A DNA stretch of 32,000 nucleotides from a cyanobacterium endosymbiont of Braarudosphaera bigelowii. GTDB lineage: Bacteria > Cyanobacteriota > Cyanobacteriia > Cyanobacteriales > Microcystaceae. The notes below the pieces were generated by a model that was not told the origin of the DNA, did no database searches, and was given only the letters and a program-made list of their open reading frames with translations. This document shows, piece by piece, positions 28,308-32,000 of the stretch. Each line of letters starts with the position of its first letter. Positions within the stretch are counted from its first letter, which is position 1. The position numbers were made by a program, and so were the translations under genes. Location of the stretch: positions 650,248-682,247 of the forward strand of contig NZ_AP024987.1 in NCBI RefSeq assembly GCF_020885515.1, in the 5' to 3' direction.

Positions 28308-29255
28308 TTGAGTCTTAACAGCAGAGTTTTACAATCACCTTTAGCTGGAGTAACAGATTTAGTATTTCGTAAGTTAGTTCGACGTTATTCTCCTAAATCT
28401 ATGATTTATACCGAAATGATCAATGCAACAGAACTATGTCATTTAGGAAGAACGCAACAACTTATTAATATCGAGATTGAACAAAAGCCAATCGGAATAC
28501 AAATATTTGATTCTCGTTACCACTTTATGGTGGAAGCTGCTAAAAGAATAGAAATTCAGGGTGCACAAGTAATTGATATAAATATGGGATGTCCAGTTAA
28601 TAAGATTACGAAGAAAGGAGGAGGATCTTCATTATTAAAGCAGCCAAAAACAGCCAAAAAAATTATTTCTGAAATTGCGAAAGCAGTAAAAATACCTGTT
28701 ACTGTAAAGACAAGAATTGGCTGGAACGATAATACAATTAACATATTAGATTTCGCAAAAATGATGGAAGATGCTGGAGCTTGCATGTTAACCATTCATG
28801 CAAGAACTAGAAATCAGGGATATACTGGAACTCCTTATTGGCAATGGATCAGAAAGATTAAAGAAAACTTACTTATTCCAATCATAGCGAACGGAAATAT
28901 TTTTTCTGTTGAAGATGCAGTGAAATGCTTAGAAATGACAAATGCAGATGGAGTTATGTGTTCTAGAGGAACCTTAGGTTATCCATTCCTCGTAGGAGAA
29001 ATCGATCATTTTTTTAAAACAGGTCGTTCCTTTGCTACAATAACTCCTCAACAAAGATTGGGATGTGCCAAAGAACACCTACAAGAGCTTTGGGAACACA
29101 AAGGTAATCAAGGCATTTATCAAGGGAGAAAACATCTTCTCTGGTATTGCCAAGGATTCCCTGGTGCACCAGAATTAAGGAAAGAAATTATAAAAATTCA
29201 AAATATAGAGGAAGGATATAAGTTGTTAGATAAAAGTATTGAGTTATGTCTATAA
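28308..29255 (+). CDS. dus: tRNA-dihydrouridine synthase
   Basis: The 315-aa ORF has the Dus motifs SPLAGVTDLVFR, DINMGCP, GGGSSLL and TIHARTR. It starts at TTG with AGGA about 5 nt upstream. The first in-frame ATG would delete the conserved N-terminal motif. Confidence 0.9.
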   Translation: MSLNSRVLQSPLAGVTDLVFRKLVRRYSPKSMIYTEMINATELCHLGRTQQLINIEIEQKPIGIQIFDSRYHFMVEAAKRIEIQGAQVIDINMGCPVNKITKKGGGSSLLKQPKTAKKIISEIAKAVKIPVTVKTRIGWNDNTINILDFAKMMEDAGACMLTIHARTRNQGYTGTPYWQWIRKIKENLLIPIIANGNIFSVEDAVKCLEMTNADGVMCSRGTLGYPFLVGEIDHFFKTGRSFATITPQQRLGCAKEHLQELWEHKGNQGIYQGRKHLLWYCQGFPGAPELRKEIIKIQNIEEGYKLLDKSIELCL

Positions 29256-29487
29256 AAAGATTCTATTTGAGACCTAGTCAAGTTATAACTTTTTTATAAG
29301 ACAAGTACTGTCTAATAGTATTAGTTCTATAGAGCTTTCAAAAAATTTGCTATGTATAAAAATTAGGTGATTTATCTTGTCTGAGAAACTTTTCAACATA
29401 TTTGAAAATTATATGGCAGTATTAAAAATCATGTTGATTTTGAGCGTTAATAATTTAAAAAGAATTATCACAATTTTTCTCAAACAT

Positions 29488-29535
29488 AATTAAATGAAAA
29501 ATAACTTTTTAATAAAAGTTATTTTTCATTTAATT
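29488..29535. repeat. 22-bp perfect inverted repeat (hairpin) in the dus-guaA spacer
   Basis: AATTAAATGAAAAATAACTTTT-TAAT-AAAAGTTATTTTTCATTTAATT. It lies 233 nt after the dus stop and 134 nt before the guaA start. No U-tract follows on either strand. Confidence 0.5.
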
Positions 29536-29668
29536 TCAGTAGATAATTCAAAAAAATGCTATATTAATGTGAGTATTTACTTTTAAAATTTTCGAATTTC
29601 TATTTATATATACATATATTAAAAATAGAACTTATTACCTATTAACTATTTGTCCGGATCCTCCAAAC

Positions 29669-31303
29669 GTGACTACTCAAATTCCTTTTATTACCAACGA
29701 CTCAGAAACTTCTCCAGCAAATGTTTCGAGTGACTGCTTTAATCGTAATCATCAAATGATAGTAATTCTTGATTTTGGTTCTCAATATTCAGAATTAATC
29801 GCACGTCGGATTCGAGAGACACACGTTTACTCTGAGGTTATATCCTATCAAACTGATATAAAAAAAATATACGAACTTAATCCGAAAGGAATTATCCTTT
29901 CAGGAGGGCCTAGTTCAGTTTATAGCGATTTTTCTCCACAATGTGATAAAAAAATATGGGACCTCGGCATTCCTATCCTAGGTATTTGTTATGGGATGCA
30001 GCTGATGGTACAACAGCTTGGAGGACAGGTTGAAAAAGCAGAGTATGGAGAATATGGCAAGGCATTGTTAAAAATAGATGATCCGACAGATCTATTTACT
30101 AACTTGGAGGATAGTTCTACTATGTGGATGAGTCATGGAGATTCATCCACCAAACTACCTGAGGGATTTTCTATCCTAGCCCATACAGATAACACACCAT
30201 GTGCTGCTATTGCTAATCATGATAAAAAACTTTTTGGGGTCCAGTTCCACCCAGAAGTTGTTCATTCTGTAGGAGGAGTTGTAATTATACGTAATTTTGT
30301 TTATCACATTTGTGGATGTGAGCCTACATGGACTACAAAAGCCTTTGTTGATGAAACAATTAATGACATTCGTAAAAAAGTTAAAGATAAGAAAGTATTG
30401 CTAGCCTTGTCTGGAGGAGTAGATTCTTCAACATTAGCCTTTTTACTACATCAAGCGATTGGTAGCAATTTAACTTGTATGTTTATTGACCAAGGTTTTA
30501 TGAGAAAGGAAGAACCAGAACGTCTGGTAGATATATTTAGCAAACAATTCCATATCCCTGTTGAATACGTAAATGCGAGAGAACGTTTTATAAAGAAACT
30601 AGAAGGAATTGTTGATCCTGAGAAAAAACGTCATCTTATTGGTCATGAATTTATACAAGTATTTGAAGAAGAATCTCAGCGTCTTGGTCCTTTCGATTAC
30701 TTAGCACAAGGGACACTTTACCCTGATGTGATAGAATCTGCAGATATCAATGCTACTCCTAATGCAGGTGAAAGAGTTGCTGTTAAAATTAAAAGTCATC
30801 ACAATGTTGGAGGATTACCTAAGAATTTAAGATTTAAACTAGTGGAGCCCTTACGCAAATTATTTAAAGATGAAGTCCGAAAAGTCGGTCAGTCTATTGG
30901 CTTGCCAGAAGAGATTGTGCGACGTCATCCTTTTCCTGGACCAGGACTAGCTATTCGTATAATCGGGGAAGTTACTCGAGAACGTTTAAATATATTAAGA
31001 GATGCAGATTATATCGTAAGAGATGAGATAAGTAAGCAAGGCGCATATCACGATTTTTGGCAAGCATTTGCTGTATTGCTACCTATTCGGAGCGTTGGAG
31101 TAATGGGAGATAAACGTACTTATTCTCATCCAATAGTATTACGTCTTATTACTAGTGAGGATGGCATGACTGCAGACTGGGCAAGAGTTCCTTATGAACT
31201 TTTAGAAGTTATTTCTAATCGTATTGTTAATGAGGTAAGAGAAGTGAACCGTGTAGTTTACGATATAACTTCTAAGCCTCCAGGAACTATTGAATGGGAA
31301 TAA
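29669..31303 (+). CDS. guaA: GMP synthase (glutamine-hydrolysing)
   Basis: The 544-aa ORF has a GATase domain ([29 protein letters not shown]), the ATP-PPase P-loop SGGVDSS and a C-terminal dimerisation domain ending GTIEWE. The GTG start is uncertain, and ATG 29753 is the alternative. Confidence 0.97.
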   Translation: MTTQIPFITNDSETSPANVSSDCFNRNHQMIVILDFGSQYSELIARRIRETHVYSEVISYQTDIKKIYELNPKGIILSGGPSSVYSDFSPQCDKKIWDLGIPILGICYGMQLMVQQLGGQVEKAEYGEYGKALLKIDDPTDLFTNLEDSSTMWMSHGDSSTKLPEGFSILAHTDNTPCAAIANHDKKLFGVQFHPEVVHSVGGVVIIRNFVYHICGCEPTWTTKAFVDETINDIRKKVKDKKVLLALSGGVDSSTLAFLLHQAIGSNLTCMFIDQGFMRKEEPERLVDIFSKQFHIPVEYVNARERFIKKLEGIVDPEKKRHLIGHEFIQVFEEESQRLGPFDYLAQGTLYPDVIESADINATPNAGERVAVKIKSHHNVGGLPKNLRFKLVEPLRKLFKDEVRKVGQSIGLPEEIVRRHPFPGPGLAIRIIGEVTRERLNILRDADYIVRDEISKQGAYHDFWQAFAVLLPIRSVGVMGDKRTYSHPIVLRLITSEDGMTADWARVPYELLEVISNRIVNEVREVNRVVYDITSKPPGTIEWE

Positions 31304-31360
31304 TTATGAAAACTAAGCCATAATATTTATTAAAATGTTATGGCTTAGTTTTCATAATTA
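31301..31360. terminator. 23-bp perfect hairpin between convergent guaA and vipp1, overlapping the guaA stop codon
   Basis: TAATTATGAAAACTAAGCCATAA-(14 nt loop)-TTATGGCTTAGTTTTCATAATTA. The first three bases are the guaA TAA stop. Confidence 0.6.
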
Positions 31361-31494
31361 TTAAAAATAAGTTACTTCAAGAATTATTTTATGTGAAAAA
31401 TCTTGAGGCTAGTATTTTTATATATTCTTTTAAATTTTGTCGCTTTTAATCTCCAGTTAATTAATTCTTTTTCAAAAGATCAAATCACTAATAG

Positions 31495-32000
31495 CTACAT
31501 ATTATTTAATTCTCGTTTAAGTTTTTCTAATTCCTCATCATCAGTGATTTGATCTTTTGAAGAAGAATCATTATCTTCGATTGATTCAGGTAAAATACCT
31601 TTTGAAGGACTAGAACCAGATATTTGAGATTTTAACATTGCCAATTCTTCATCTACTTCGCTACCAGCTTCTAGTTGAGCGAATTGTCCTTCTACTCCAG
31701 CTGCTGCTAGTTCTCCAATAGATTGGGATTGAGCCTCCATATCCAAGACTTTATTCTCCATACGTTCAAAGGCAGACATAGAAGTACTTGTATCTAATCC
31801 GCTCATCGTTTTTTGTAAAGATTGAGTAGCTTTTGCTGCTTTTGAACGAGCAATCAGAATATTTTTTTTAGTTTTAGCTTCTCCAATTTTACTCTCTAGA
31901 GTCGCTAAATTGTGACGCATTGTTTCAAGTTGAGTATTTTGTTGATTAAGCTGTTCATTGAGAGTTAAAGCAGTTTCAGAGTAAGATTTTTTACGGACTA
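31495..32000 (-). CDS. vipp1: Vipp1/IM30 (PspA family), C-terminal part; gene continues beyond the window
   Basis: The track ORF starts at an internal Met (31920). The frame stays open to base 32000 (..VRKKSYSETALTLNEQLNQQNTQLET-MRHNLATLE..). It has PspA-type coiled-coil sequence plus an acidic C-terminal extension (DDEELEKLKRELNNM), as in Vipp1. Confidence 0.9.
   Translation of the reverse strand, partial: VRKKSYSETALTLNEQLNQQNTQLETMRHNLATLESKIGEAKTKKNILIARSKAAKATQSLQKTMSGLDTSTSMSAFERMENKVLDMEAQSQSIGELAAAGVEGQFAQLEAGSEVDEELAMLKSQISGSSPSKGILPESIEDNDSSSKDQITDDEELEKLKRELNNM

Overview
This is a visibly AT-rich window (roughly 30% G+C by eye, not computed) from a cyanobacterial chromosome. It holds about 25 protein genes on both strands, and almost all are core housekeeping. 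They are psaD, rplY (L25), the plastid/cyanobacterial-type atpD-atpC pair, tadA, polA, ribE, an S41 Ctp protease, glyQ, ffh, yidD, pgsA, tldD, rsmI, a dus tRNA-dihydrouridine synthase, guaA, and a partial vipp1/IM30 at the right edge. The less defined genes are scattered singly among these. They are a Cas4/RecB-like PD-(D/E)XK nuclease, a DUF3747+SLH envelope protein, a cysteine-dioxygenase-like cupin, a solitary C5 DNA methyltransferase, a degenerate GIY-YIG protein, an alpha/beta hydrolase, a GT2-TPR glycosyltransferase and a DAO-like FAD oxidoreductase. I found no rRNA, tRNA, CRISPR array, transposase, integrase or phage genes. About 7 kb (~22% by my coordinate arithmetic) is ORF-free, extremely AT-rich spacer, which together with the gene set suggests a genome-reduced cyanobacterium such as a UCYN-A-like symbiont (inference only). 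Many gene ends carry long perfect inverted repeats of 9-23 bp. The most interesting item is a candidate stand-alone sRNA at about 4880-4958 with Yfr2-family hallmarks. The next most interesting are the orphan methyltransferase and the degenerate GIY-YIG protein. I do not see a convincing multi-gene novel system (defence island, toxin-antitoxin or biosynthetic cluster), and the window looks largely ordinary.
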